This document shows, piece by piece, positions 1 to 9,112 of a stretch of 64,000 nucleotides of DNA (the first letter of the stretch is position 1; each line of letters begins with the position of its first letter). Source of the stretch: a virus; the IMG/VR virus record IMGVR_UViG_3300021961_011210, positions 1-64,000 of that record, one strand, 5' to 3'. Below the pieces are notes generated by a model. It made no database searches, had not been told where the DNA came from, and saw only the letters and a list, made by a program, of their open reading frames with translations. A program made the translations under genes and the position numbers.

Positions 1-127
1 TCCAAATAACAGGAGTCCAATACCACATATTCTTAATTCCGCGGACAATATTTTTGTGGATATACCTCCACTCGAATCTCCATTTCAAAGAGATTTTTTC
101 CAACCAAGATAGTTTTACATTTTCCAT
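1..127 (-). CDS. hypothetical protein (5' part; runs off window)
   Basis: ATG at 127, open frame MENVKLSWLEKISLKWRFEW... to window edge; TATATTTG promoter 4 nt upstream. Confidence 0.6.
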   Translation of the reverse strand, partial: MENVKLSWLEKISLKWRFEWRYIHKNIVRGIKNMWYWTPVIW

Positions 128-131
128 AATA

Positions 132-139
132 CAAATATA
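132..139 (-). promoter_or_regulatory. Bacteroidota-type -7 promoter element TAnnTTTG
   Basis: TATATTTG on minus strand, 4 nt before ATG at 127. Confidence 0.6.
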
Positions 140-165
140 AAAAAAAAGGTTGGGATTACCAACCT
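139..165 (-). terminator. intrinsic terminator
   Basis: AGGTTGG/CCAACCT stem followed by U-tract on minus strand, just after 170..766. Confidence 0.7.
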
Positions 166-169
166 CGAA

Positions 170-766
170 TCAATCTGAAAGTAGACTCAGTATTTTTTCT
201 TTTACACTCAATTGTTTTATACCCTCATTTGAACGAGGAGTATGAACAAAGTTAGTAAGACCTGGTTTTGCATCAGAACCATCTTTGGATGAGAACCTAT
301 CACTTAAAAACTCTACACTCATATCCAAATCATCAACCGCTACCCAATTTGTAATCTCTGGATGATTTTCTATCCAATGTTCAATTTCCATGTATCGCTC
401 TAACTCCAATTCGGCTCTGAATCTTAAACCGGACCATTCTCTAGGGAACAGGTCTTTAAACATGCCAGTTACCGCAATGGGTTTTTTGATAATACCTTGT
501 GATTCGTAGTATTCTCCCAACTCTTCCAACGTAGCATGAAATCTCCAATCCGAACTAACAATAATTTCAGAACCTGTTGTTTCCAAAATTTCGTTTAGGG
601 TTTTGACTGCCTTTTTATCAAAGTTATCAAATCGGTATTCCAATGGAATATCTCTACCCTTCATAGAAAGTTTCATTCCTCCCCACTTCTTTTGTTTTTT
701 GTGGCGAGAACCCCAATTATTTGCCAAGCAAATAACCCCATCGTGATCTAAGAATATAACTTTCAT
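170..766 (-). CDS. HAD-family phosphatase (Swiss Army Knife RNA-repair-type HAD domain)
   Basis: IFLDHDGV motif I, IIVSSDWR, WVAVDD. Confidence 0.75.
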   Translation of the reverse strand: MKVIFLDHDGVICLANNWGSRHKKQKKWGGMKLSMKGRDIPLEYRFDNFDKKAVKTLNEILETTGSEIIVSSDWRFHATLEELGEYYESQGIIKKPIAVTGMFKDLFPREWSGLRFRAELELERYMEIEHWIENHPEITNWVAVDDLDMSVEFLSDRFSSKDGSDAKPGLTNFVHTPRSNEGIKQLSVKEKILSLLSD

Positions 767-1137
767 TTTTCTGAAAAGTATTTGATTATAATGTGTCCCG
801 ATTTGTAATTAGTACCTAAAGGAATATCGTGAACATCACATAGTCTCATTAACATTTGGATGTCGGGTTCATGGGGATGTTTGTCTAAGGGGTCTCTAAA
901 AAAAATAACAGCATCTATTTCTTGTCTGGCAACCATTGCCGCGATTTCTGCGTCGCCACCAAGGGGTCCAGAATTAACTCGTTGTACTTTTTCAACACCC
1001 GCATGTAAAATCATTTTTCCTGTTGTACCTGTGGTGACAATGTCAACATCCTGTCGATTGAAAAATTCTAATCTTTTCATAACAAACGACACCATCGATG
1101 CTTTTTTTCCGTCATGTGCTATAAGTGCAATTTTCAT
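763..1137 (-). CDS. mgsA: methylglyoxal synthase
   Basis: IALIAHDGKK, TGTTG, SGPLGGD, DPL..HPHEPD, LMRLCDVH motifs. Confidence 0.95.
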   Translation of the reverse strand: MKIALIAHDGKKASMVSFVMKRLEFFNRQDVDIVTTGTTGKMILHAGVEKVQRVNSGPLGGDAEIAAMVARQEIDAVIFFRDPLDKHPHEPDIQMLMRLCDVHDIPLGTNYKSGHIIIKYFSEK

Positions 1138-1367
1138 GACTCGATATCTTGGTTTAAAGTATCTAAAATCTCCACTAAGTCTTTCTTGGGTGACAAGTTT
1201 CTTTCCTCAACAATTTGTTTCCAAGTCCTATAAGTCATTAAGTGTCCCCTCTCGGATGTAGCACCTTGAGACAATCCTTGAAATGTACCCGCACTGATTA
1301 TATCATAGGTTCGGCGCTCGGCTATAACCCAAGGAAATTCATTTAGTAAATTCTTCGTTTCTGACAT
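1134..1367 (-). CDS. hypothetical protein
   Basis: ORF overlapping mgsA start by 4 nt; TATCTTTG 4 nt upstream (1372-1379). Confidence 0.65.
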   Translation of the reverse strand: MSETKNLLNEFPWVIAERRTYDIISAGTFQGLSQGATSERGHLMTYRTWKQIVEERNLSPKKDLVEILDTLNQDIES

Positions 1368-1384
1368 GAAACAAAGATACTAAA

Positions 1385-1513
1385 TTATTTTGTATTTTCT
1401 ACATCCTCATTTTTAATTTCTTCAATCCATTCTGAATCCATATATCCTACATCTGAATTATTTTCAGTGTAATGAAATAAAGAATGGTTCGATAATGGGG
1501 TTTTTGGTTTCAT
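1385..1513 (-). CDS. small hypothetical protein (42 aa, not in ORF track)
   Basis: MKPKTPLSNH...VENTK*, TAATG-coupled to upstream small ORF. Confidence 0.4.
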   Translation of the reverse strand: MKPKTPLSNHSLFHYTENNSDVGYMDSEWIEEIKNEDVENTK

Positions 1514-1653
1514 TATTCCGACTTTGGTTTGTTTTTTTTCTCTATTTTAATATTACCTTTCACAACTTTACGTTTTTTATTGGAAGAACTTTTCGGTCCA
1601 TACCCCTCATCATCGTAGTAGTTGTTTATATCATTCAATGAAATTTTAGACAT
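1513..1653 (-). CDS. small basic hypothetical protein (46 aa, not in ORF track)
   Basis: MSKISLNDINNYYDDEGYG...KPKSE*. Confidence 0.45.
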   Translation of the reverse strand: MSKISLNDINNYYDDEGYGPKSSSNKKRKVVKGNIKIEKKNKPKSE

Positions 1654-1690
1654 CGTTTTTAAAATTGAAAGTTAATGCATATATATACGC

Positions 1691-1728
1691 AAAAAAAGAA
1701 AAACCGGCAGAACAATCTGTCTGCCGGT
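1691..1728 (-). terminator. intrinsic terminator
   Basis: ACCGGCAGA/TCTGCCGGT 9-bp stem plus U-rich tract on minus strand. Confidence 0.8.
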
Positions 1729-1731
1729 AAG

Positions 1732-1826
1732 TGCAGTAATGACGAATTTTTTCCTTAAAAACCCTACGGGGCTCCAACCCTTATAGCTTTCCTCTTCAGG
1801 TTCAGAAAAAATCGACGAGAACCGCA
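1732..1826 (-). ncRNA. candidate structured ncRNA (rod-like, possibly 6S-like)
   Basis: non-coding; ends pair UGCGGU/ACUGCA; inner CGAUUUUUUC/GAAAAAAUUCG; immediately followed by a terminator. Confidence 0.35.
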
Positions 1827-2213
1827 TCATTTCGTAAATTCGTTCCTGACTTTGTCGCTTATGGGGATCGGGTTACCATCTTCGTCAATTCTAACGAAGG
1901 TGATATTAGTTGATAATATAGTATCCTCTTCATGTGTATATACATTAAAACTTCTAGCTTCCATGTACATGTTACAACTTGTGTTGCCAACACCTACGAC
2001 TTGTCCATAAATTTTTAGAAGTGAGCCCTCTTTAGCTGGTTTTTTGAACACGCACTTGTCAATACATACAGTTACCATTCTCCTGTTGTGACAGAATTCC
2101 ATTGCATATGCTGCAGCTGCGGCGTCTATCCATGCCATTAGTTTTCCTCCAAATAGATTTCCGTGAAATCCTAAATCCGATTTTTTTATCGGGTGTGTAT
2201 TAAGTAGTTGCAT
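1827..2213 (-). CDS. acyl-CoA thioesterase (HotDog fold, YciA-like)
   Basis: DLGFHGNLFGGKLMAWID, VTVCID, VGNTS motifs. Confidence 0.85.
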   Translation of the reverse strand: MQLLNTHPIKKSDLGFHGNLFGGKLMAWIDAAAAAYAMEFCHNRRMVTVCIDKCVFKKPAKEGSLLKIYGQVVGVGNTSCNMYMEARSFNVYTHEEDTILSTNITFVRIDEDGNPIPISDKVRNEFTK

Positions 2214-2216
2214 ATA

Positions 2217-2795
2217 TTATTGTACTAAATAATGTTCGTATGTTTTGTTTGGTTTTTCGTTGGGGAAATAATAGGTAAATTTTAATTTGTTGTCCACATA
2301 AATGTATTTGTAAAAACCTTTGGGGACTGTTGCTCCTGTTGGTAGGACTTGACAATTTTTGTCAAATACTACTCGTATTACAACTTTGACTTTATTTGTT
2401 TTAGCAAGTTCTCGTTCATGTGCTTCGAGAAATCTCCAAGCCCCTCTGTTGAGGTTTTCTTGTTGTAGGGCGCAATTGACGTAGGAAAATGTTTTATATA
2501 ATGTTTCTGTATTGCAGTTGAAAGCCGCTGCTGGAGCCATATGCCCCTTGTCCCATTCATTTTTTTCATAGTCCAAATTGTCAGAGGTATAGACACCTTG
2601 AACACGGTAAAAGTCCATGCCTTTTCTACTAGCCGAACCATTAGGGCATTGAACTTCGTACGTAATTTTCTTAGGTTGTTGGAGAACTTCCGAGTAAACG
2701 ATTTCAAAAATTTCATTTTTAACATAGACACTATCTCTTGTTTGTGCAAATACTAATGTTGGGAAAACAAGAAGTAAAAGTAATATTTTCTTCAT
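2217..2795 (-). CDS. secreted DNA/RNA non-specific endonuclease (NucA/EndA-like)
   Basis: signal peptide MKKILLLLLVFPTLVFA|Q; DKGHMAPAA, Q..NLNRGAW..LE, VPKGFYK. Confidence 0.9.
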   Translation of the reverse strand: MKKILLLLLVFPTLVFAQTRDSVYVKNEIFEIVYSEVLQQPKKITYEVQCPNGSASRKGMDFYRVQGVYTSDNLDYEKNEWDKGHMAPAAAFNCNTETLYKTFSYVNCALQQENLNRGAWRFLEAHERELAKTNKVKVVIRVVFDKNCQVLPTGATVPKGFYKYIYVDNKLKFTYYFPNEKPNKTYEHYLVQ

Positions 2796-2813
2796 ACAAT
2801 TATAAATATTATA

Positions 2814-2844
2814 AAAAATAAAAAGGGGGTAATCAACCCCCTTT
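2814..2844 (-). terminator. intrinsic terminator
   Basis: AAAGGGGGT/ACCCCCTTT stem downstream of endolysin. Confidence 0.65.
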
Positions 2845-2847
2845 CAT

Positions 2848-3672
2848 TTATTTGAGTAAGTTGTAATATTCTTTAAAATGTTTGATTCTATCTGCCAAAC
2901 CAATAGTTCCTCCGTTGACTCTTTTTGTTACGGTTGTTACGGTAGCATCATCCGCACCTCTATCAGCAATGGAATTTAACCCATTTTTAGAGAAGAACCA
3001 AGCTGCAGATGCTAATGGATACTTTGTTGCCACCAAATCAGGATTTCCAACAGTATCTTCATTAATTGCCTTAGCGAATGCTGTGTAGTTATCTTTTCCT
3101 GTTAATTGGATGTAACCACGACCTCTGAATTTATAACCTTCTTTAGTTTCTTCACCACCATTACCCATTCTTCCACCATACACTTTAGATGCAATTTTTT
3201 CAGGGTTTCTTGCGTAAGATTCTGCTAGATTTCCAGGAAAATATTTTGGGAATATTCTTTTTAATCCGTCTACTGAATAGTTAAGATTTTCTTGGACTGC
3301 CTTGAACCCTCCGGACTCATGTCCGCATTGTGCTAAGAAATGTGCCAATCTTAATGGTGTGTTTATTGCAAATTTCTCCATAACTGTGGGAATTTGTGCG
3401 ATTACAACATCAGGTACATGTCCCTTTAGTTTTTCTAAGGATATTGGACCACCTGTGGGGATAACAACGTCTTCTTTAAGTGTCGAAGATGCTAAACCCA
3501 TTTTTGCCCAAGTGGCGTCTCCTACTATACCGTCAGCGGTAAGTCCATTTTTGGATTGCCATTCTTTGACTGCTTTTTCCGTACCGGATCCGAATATTCC
3601 ATCGGCGCCCAATCCGAGCTTTTGTTGAAGTTTTTTAACATCTTCACCTTTAGAGCCATTTTTAAGTAACAT
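2848..3672 (-). CDS. endolysin: PG_binding_1 domain + GH19 (chitinase-like) lysozyme
   Basis: GSKGEDVKKLQQKL..ADGIFG..T..AVK.WQ; AHFLAQCGHES, FRGRGYIQLTG, VNGG..GLADR. Confidence 0.92.
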   Translation of the reverse strand: MLLKNGSKGEDVKKLQQKLGLGADGIFGSGTEKAVKEWQSKNGLTADGIVGDATWAKMGLASSTLKEDVVIPTGGPISLEKLKGHVPDVVIAQIPTVMEKFAINTPLRLAHFLAQCGHESGGFKAVQENLNYSVDGLKRIFPKYFPGNLAESYARNPEKIASKVYGGRMGNGGEETKEGYKFRGRGYIQLTGKDNYTAFAKAINEDTVGNPDLVATKYPLASAAWFFSKNGLNSIADRGADDATVTTVTKRVNGGTIGLADRIKHFKEYYNLLK

Positions 3673-3756
3673 AAAAAATTTTTGTTTAATTGGTTTATTT
3701 TTCCATAAATACGATTTTTTTTTGTTAAAATTGATTTTATTTATTATTTTTGTATT

Positions 3757-4200
3757 ATGAAAAATTTTTTGTTTAGTTTAGTTTTTATAATTTCTACGGG
3801 TGCTTTTGCCCAATCTACATGTTTAGGATATTTTTGGGAGGAAAGTGGATTATTTGTGTCACGAGACAATTACCAAAAAAATATGGGATTTTATATGGGT
3901 GGGCATGTCTACTCACCTTACGTACCCCCCATTTATTTTACGTCACCGAGAAATTATCCAAATAGGTTAGGTATCAATTATGCCATTATGAACAACGGAA
4001 TCAATTTGGGTGGAGGAATAAAAGCCACCTACATCAACTTGACTGACGAAGTCACTTTCCGTCCCGATTTTGTTTTTAGATTTCATCCGTTAAAGTTTCT
4101 AACGGGTGATAATAAATCAATTGACATCTCGTTGATGGTTAATTATTCAGAACGTGTGTCATACGGTATTGGAATTTCCTTACCTTACCCAATGTATTAA
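3757..4200 (+). CDS. secreted/outer-membrane beta-rich protein
   Basis: signal peptide ending AFA|Q; amphipathic strands, C-terminal YGIGISL; TATTTTTG promoter at 3745-3752. Confidence 0.6.
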   Translation: MKNFLFSLVFIISTGAFAQSTCLGYFWEESGLFVSRDNYQKNMGFYMGGHVYSPYVPPIYFTSPRNYPNRLGINYAIMNNGINLGGGIKATYINLTDEVTFRPDFVFRFHPLKFLTGDNKSIDISLMVNYSERVSYGIGISLPYPMY

Positions 4201-4230
4201 TAAGATACATTAGCTGATATTTATTTAGGT

Positions 4231-5169
4231 ATGTCAGAAGAATTTGAAGATTATTTCCAACAAGTCGAATCATTAATTGGTACCTGTACAGGTAACGATT
4301 ACTATGGTTTGAAGATGGCTCATAAAAATTATTTTAGGATAAAAACAGGATTTTACGAAGATGAAAATCCTGAAGATGTATCTAAAGAGTTATGTATGTC
4401 CATAAATGAATCCATGGATAATGGTAAAGTGAAATGTAATAAATGTGGATGGACTTGGGATTTATCAAATGGAGGTGACGATCCTTATGATTGTCATAAG
4501 TGTGGTAATAAAAATAATAATTTGAACGAATCCATATTAAACGAGAAAAGTCTTACAGACAACCCTGTTAGAACAGTGGTAAAAGATTTGGTTAATATAA
4601 TCAAATTACAAAAACCAGGGGTGTATGAACTTCCTGACTTTGTACAAAAAAATCAAATAGAATATGATTTCCCTAAATTACCGTTATTTTCGGTGGTTTT
4701 TGATTTAGATTTTCAAGATATTGATGTCCCATATATATTGGATGCTGGACATTACGGTGAAATGGAAGGAGACGACGAAGAGGGATATTATTTTGAAGAT
4801 GAAATCGAAATCGCATTGGTAATCAATCCTGAGGATTTTCCCCAAAGTTTATATGACATTATTGCCGATTTGAATGACAGTGTCCGTCATGAATTGGAAC
4901 ACGCATTCCAAAAAAACTACATGAGAGGAAAAGATTTTTCAACGGATGATACGCCACCAACAGATAAAGAATATTATAAACAAGAAAAGGAAGTACCTGC
5001 CGAAATTGCAGGTTTCAGACGTATTGTAAAACTTAGAAAAGAACCTGTTGAAAAAGTTATTAGAGATTGGTTTTATCGACACAAATCAACACATGGATTA
5101 CCTGACGAAGATATTGAAGAACTTGTAGTTTTTTTATCTGATAAGTACCGCGATTTTTATGGGGGATGA
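4231..5169 (+). CDS. Zn-ribbon + HExxH zincin-like domain protein
   Basis: CNKC...CHKC; RHELEHAFQ with downstream EVPA. Confidence 0.6.
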   Translation: MSEEFEDYFQQVESLIGTCTGNDYYGLKMAHKNYFRIKTGFYEDENPEDVSKELCMSINESMDNGKVKCNKCGWTWDLSNGGDDPYDCHKCGNKNNNLNESILNEKSLTDNPVRTVVKDLVNIIKLQKPGVYELPDFVQKNQIEYDFPKLPLFSVVFDLDFQDIDVPYILDAGHYGEMEGDDEEGYYFEDEIEIALVINPEDFPQSLYDIIADLNDSVRHELEHAFQKNYMRGKDFSTDDTPPTDKEYYKQEKEVPAEIAGFRRIVKLRKEPVEKVIRDWFYRHKSTHGLPDEDIEELVVFLSDKYRDFYGG

Positions 5170-5597
5170 AAAAGTCAGAAATACAAAAAAATATTAATGA
5201 GACTATCGAGATGTTAAAATACATCGCCGAGAGTATGGTTAATAACAAACAAATAAAATTTGTGGATATTTTTAAAGTTATTCCTGATTTTAGCATTGAT
5301 ACACTATCAAATTCAAATAATGAAGAGTCACCTATTATACATAGTGTTTATTTCGAAATAAAATATAGAAGTGATTCCGAAATTTGGGATGCGGATGATG
5401 TTCGCAATGCCACTTCAGAGATTTTGAAGTCCTATGATTCTTTCATCAGTACTGTTAATTTTGATTCTCAAGGTAACTTAACCGACAAACAATCTATTGA
5501 TAGTAGTTTAGGTATGATTACTAATATACAATATTCTATGTTTGACAAAAAAGGATATAAAATTACAATTGCCTCAGACATCACTACGGTAGATTAA
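5166..5597 (+). CDS. hypothetical protein
   Basis: ORF with ATGA overlap. Confidence 0.65.
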   Translation: MKKSEIQKNINETIEMLKYIAESMVNNKQIKFVDIFKVIPDFSIDTLSNSNNEESPIIHSVYFEIKYRSDSEIWDADDVRNATSEILKSYDSFISTVNFDSQGNLTDKQSIDSSLGMITNIQYSMFDKKGYKITIASDITTVD

Positions 5598-5625
5598 ATT
5601 AAGGTTAATTTGTTTACAAATACCA

Positions 5626-5652
5626 TATTTCATTATATTTAATAATGAAATA
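5626..5652. promoter_or_regulatory. perfect 11-bp inverted repeat (possible operator)
   Basis: TATTTCATTAT-ATTTA-ATAATGAAATA in intergenic DNA. Confidence 0.35.
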
Positions 5653-5664
5653 AAAATCCAAAAA

Positions 5665-5802
5665 ATGTTAGTTTTTACACCGAACCCAAATCCATTTCGC
5701 ACGCCCCAAAGCGAAAATTCTGAACCACAACCAATTTTTGATTCATCGTCGTTTTACGACTGGGAATTACATTGGGAACTTGAGACTGAAGAATCTGAAT
5801 GA
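5665..5802 (+). CDS. small acidic hypothetical protein (45 aa, not in ORF track)
   Basis: MLVFTPNPNPF...WELHWELETEESE*, ATGA overlap with next gene. Confidence 0.5.
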   Translation: MLVFTPNPNPFRTPQSENSEPQPIFDSSSFYDWELHWELETEESE

Positions 5803-6110
5803 GCGTATATACCAAAGACGAATTATCCAAAAAAAGTTTGGTAGAAGTTAAAGTAATTGCCAAGACTTTGCGTGTGCCTATTACGGGATCGAAAAATCAG
5901 ATTATCAATCAAATACTAGATAGTTTCAAACCAATTGTTTCCACTGTGAATAATCATTCACATATGGGTAAAAATTCATCCAAAATTTACGGTATAAAAT
6001 TAACAGATAAAGAAAAACTAATATCTAACTCAAAAGCGTTAGAAGAGAAAAAAAGTAAATTTTTATATTATAGTATGGGATTCATTTATTTTTCTTCTGA
6101 AGTTTCTTGA
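5799..6110 (+). CDS. Rho-N/SAP-like nucleic-acid-binding protein
   Basis: ELSKKSLVEVKVIAKTLRVPITGSKNQIINQIL helix-extension-helix pattern. Confidence 0.55.
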   Translation: MSVYTKDELSKKSLVEVKVIAKTLRVPITGSKNQIINQILDSFKPIVSTVNNHSHMGKNSSKIYGIKLTDKEKLISNSKALEEKKSKFLYYSMGFIYFSSEVS

Positions 6111-6724
6111 GGATTGGAATTGATAATCCTTTTCAAAATCTCAGATATATATTTTCCAGAAAAATTTGTGACTTTATTTAGTATAATACCCGCGACAATA
6201 CTGGGTATCAATTCTGAAACGTCAAAGGTATATAACCCAGGAACTAAATAAGTCATAATGGGTAATAAAAAGGTGTATGCTAAAATATTAGTTCCTGTAT
6301 CCACGATACCTGGAAGTGCGTAAATTACATTTGATAATTTATTTTTTACCCTCTCTAAAAATTTAATACTTTCATTGAATTCTTCAGTCAAATTTTTGTC
6401 ATCAATAATTTTACGTAACTTTGAAATCTCGGATGTTTTTTGGTATACTACTGAAATTGCAGAAATTAAAAGTAGCGAAATTTCAGTTTCGGTTAGAGAA
6501 CTAAACCCTTCACCTGTCAAAAAATCCCATAAGGGTCTCATCAAAGCACCTATCCCTGCTGCGTATGAAAGTAAGAATCTATAGTCGAAGGATGTTTGGT
6601 TTTTAAATTCCTCCAAAGCTTGAAAACCTAGTTCTTTATTTTTACTCAAGATGCTTTTGATTTTCTCACCAACACCTTCGGTAACTAACATTTTATACTG
6701 ATGTTCAGACAGGATAACTTTCAC
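6086..6724 (-). CDS. hypothetical membrane-associated protein with MKVILSE-type leader
   Basis: leader MKVILSEHQYKMLVTE; hydrophobic segments; TATTTAT upstream. Confidence 0.6.
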   Translation of the reverse strand: MKVILSEHQYKMLVTEGVGEKIKSILSKNKELGFQALEEFKNQTSFDYRFLLSYAAGIGALMRPLWDFLTGEGFSSLTETEISLLLISAISVVYQKTSEISKLRKIIDDKNLTEEFNESIKFLERVKNKLSNVIYALPGIVDTGTNILAYTFLLPIMTYLVPGLYTFDVSELIPSIVAGIILNKVTNFSGKYISEILKRIINSNPQETSEEK

Positions 6725-6784
6725 TTTGAATTTTTTTAATAAATATATGTTTACGGCAAAGCAATTCTATAATATTTATAGTTT

Positions 6785-8032
6785 ATGAGCGATGAAATGA
6801 ATCCCGAAGTCAAACCAGGTGATAGAATTATTTGTATTCACATGAGTGGAGACAATAAAAGTGTGCCAATTGGAACCGAAGGAACGGTTATGGGTACATC
6901 GATGACACCTTTTGGTGAAAATATACAAGTTCGATGGGACAATGGTTCAACTCTTGATTTGTTAACCGATGTTGACGTATGGGTATTATCTGATGCTGAT
7001 AAAATACAAGAACAACAAAAAAATAAAATTGGTTTGATGTTAGAAAGGGTTGAGTCTGAATTAGAACAAGAACTTTCGATGATTATGCCAAATGTAGCTC
7101 CAATTCCAAAGACAAAAAAACAATCCGCATTGGTGGTGTCTAAAATTATAGAAAAAGATTTTGGAAGATCTTTTACACCATTTGAATCTATAAATTTGGC
7201 AGAAAAGTTAAAACGTCCTATTGATAGAATTCGTTTTTTTGAATATTACAAAACTTTTTTATCTGAAAAAGAAAGTAGAGGTTTCGGTTTCGAAGGTATG
7301 ATTGCCGGATTATATGGAGGAGAAGTAATTGAAGGAAAAAACAAAGAAGATGTTGTGTTTCCTGGTAACAAATTTTATTCAATCAAATTGGTGGGTAATA
7401 ATGAAGAACGATACGATACTGGTTCGGTTAGAGAAGGTTTCGAAGCGGTAAAAAGAATCATGGATACGCACGAAATAGACACTACCAGGTTTAAAGTACC
7501 TGCAGATTTATTTGAGTCTAACGATGAAAATTTATTGAAGTACAAAAGACTAACACTTGACATATCTTTTGTTCCGGTGTCAAAAAGGGGAGATATTAAT
7601 GCCTTAAGTTGGATATTTGCAGTTGCAAACCCAAACTTTGAAATAGACGCATATCTTCTTACAAACCAACAAGTTAAAGAGTTATTGATGAACCCTACCA
7701 ATGTATTAAGAGGAAAAACACAAAATAGTTTAGGTTTACGTAATACTGCCGTGAGATCAGTGGGAGAAAAATTTACTATAAGATTTCCACAAATGGATGA
7801 GCAAGAACTTAAGAAGTTCAGATATGTGGCGGATAGAGGTTTGCAAACAGATAAAATAGCCGAATTATTTGGAGAATATAAGCAAAAAATCAGACACGAT
7901 GTTTTAGACTACATCTCAAAAAATCCTGACAAATTTGTAGGAAAAGTAATTGATTTATACAGAGATAGGGTTATGGATTTATTATTGAAGAATGGAGAAC
8001 TTGAAGATATCGAAACAGGTGTCAATGAATAA
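6785..8032 (+). CDS. DUF4314-like domain + putative PD-(D/E)XK nuclease domain
   Basis: GDRI...GTEGTV...VRWDNGSTL; GFGFEGMIAGL...EDV...YSIK. Confidence 0.5.
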   Translation: MSDEMNPEVKPGDRIICIHMSGDNKSVPIGTEGTVMGTSMTPFGENIQVRWDNGSTLDLLTDVDVWVLSDADKIQEQQKNKIGLMLERVESELEQELSMIMPNVAPIPKTKKQSALVVSKIIEKDFGRSFTPFESINLAEKLKRPIDRIRFFEYYKTFLSEKESRGFGFEGMIAGLYGGEVIEGKNKEDVVFPGNKFYSIKLVGNNEERYDTGSVREGFEAVKRIMDTHEIDTTRFKVPADLFESNDENLLKYKRLTLDISFVPVSKRGDINALSWIFAVANPNFEIDAYLLTNQQVKELLMNPTNVLRGKTQNSLGLRNTAVRSVGEKFTIRFPQMDEQELKKFRYVADRGLQTDKIAELFGEYKQKIRHDVLDYISKNPDKFVGKVIDLYRDRVMDLLLKNGELEDIETGVNE

Positions 8033-8061
8033 AAAATAAATGTATTTATAAATAAAAAACT

Positions 8062-8796
8062 ATGAGAGGATTTTCAATAATGAGTGATGAAGAAAAACAA
8101 AGTATTCTTTCACAACACCAAACGGTTTATGATGGTTATGCCGTAGGAAATGTTCAGGGTAATATGTACCCATTAACTGTTGGTGATTATGCCCAAGATA
8201 AAGGTGGTGTCACAGTTAATAGTAAAGGTGAAGTTTCAACCTACAAAAATCACAATATAAATGAGTCAGTAGAAGAGGCTATGTGTGAACAGTGCGGTGG
8301 TAGTATCTCGGAAGGTGAATGCTCGGAATGTGGATACATGCAAGAGCAAATGTCCATGGAAAATCCCCAAGGAAACCCTTACGAAAATGAAGATTCTGCG
8401 TATAGTTTTGAAACAGGAGGTCCCGAACAATACGTTTCGACATCTGACGATGAAGATCCTTACGAACTCGATTTACAGGCGATTCAAAACATGTTTGACT
8501 ATGAAGACATACACGGACATGGTGATCAAGACGAAGATGAAAATATGATGGCACTCCAAAACAAAATGGATGATGAATTTTCAGGTAAAGAAAAAATGGG
8601 AGGAGAATGGAATCCCTACGACTTTAAATCCCAAGGGGGAAATATTTTAGTTTATGAAGAGGGTGACGAGGATTCACAGGAATTCGAAGAAATGTTAGAT
8701 GAAATAGAAGAAGAGGACGAAATGAAGTTAGAATCCTTGAAAGAAAAAAGAAATAAAATTATCGAAATGTTCGATAGATTTTCCAAATTTAATTAA
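8062..8796 (+). CDS. acidic hypothetical protein with Zn-ribbon (probable head-associated)
   Basis: MSDEEKQSILSQH leader; CEQC...CSEC. Confidence 0.6.
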   Translation: MRGFSIMSDEEKQSILSQHQTVYDGYAVGNVQGNMYPLTVGDYAQDKGGVTVNSKGEVSTYKNHNINESVEEAMCEQCGGSISEGECSECGYMQEQMSMENPQGNPYENEDSAYSFETGGPEQYVSTSDDEDPYELDLQAIQNMFDYEDIHGHGDQDEDENMMALQNKMDDEFSGKEKMGGEWNPYDFKSQGGNILVYEEGDEDSQEFEEMLDEIEEEDEMKLESLKEKRNKIIEMFDRFSKFN

Positions 8797-8799
8797 AAA

Positions 8800-9036
8800 A
8801 TGTCTTACTTTGTCAGAAGAAAATCAGATTTGACTGTAGATTATGTTTCGGAAGTTCCATTGAGAGATAACTTAGATGGAACTTTTACAGTTGATGTGGA
8901 CAGTTCGGTTGGTTACCCAAATTGGAGTTTTGACGAGTTTGATTTAATTGAAGCTACTGTAAGTTTACCTGATTGGTTTACATTATCTACGCATGTATTA
9001 AAAGAAGTGAATGGCGTTTATACCCTGATTCTTTAA
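8800..9036 (+). CDS. hypothetical protein
   Basis: ORF in operon. Confidence 0.6.
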   Translation: MSYFVRRKSDLTVDYVSEVPLRDNLDGTFTVDVDSSVGYPNWSFDEFDLIEATVSLPDWFTLSTHVLKEVNGVYTLIL

Positions 9037-9112
9037 AATTTTTATAATTCTATATTTTAGATTTTTTTTTTGTATTTATTACTAAAATTATTAAAATCTA
9101 ACACATTTTTGT

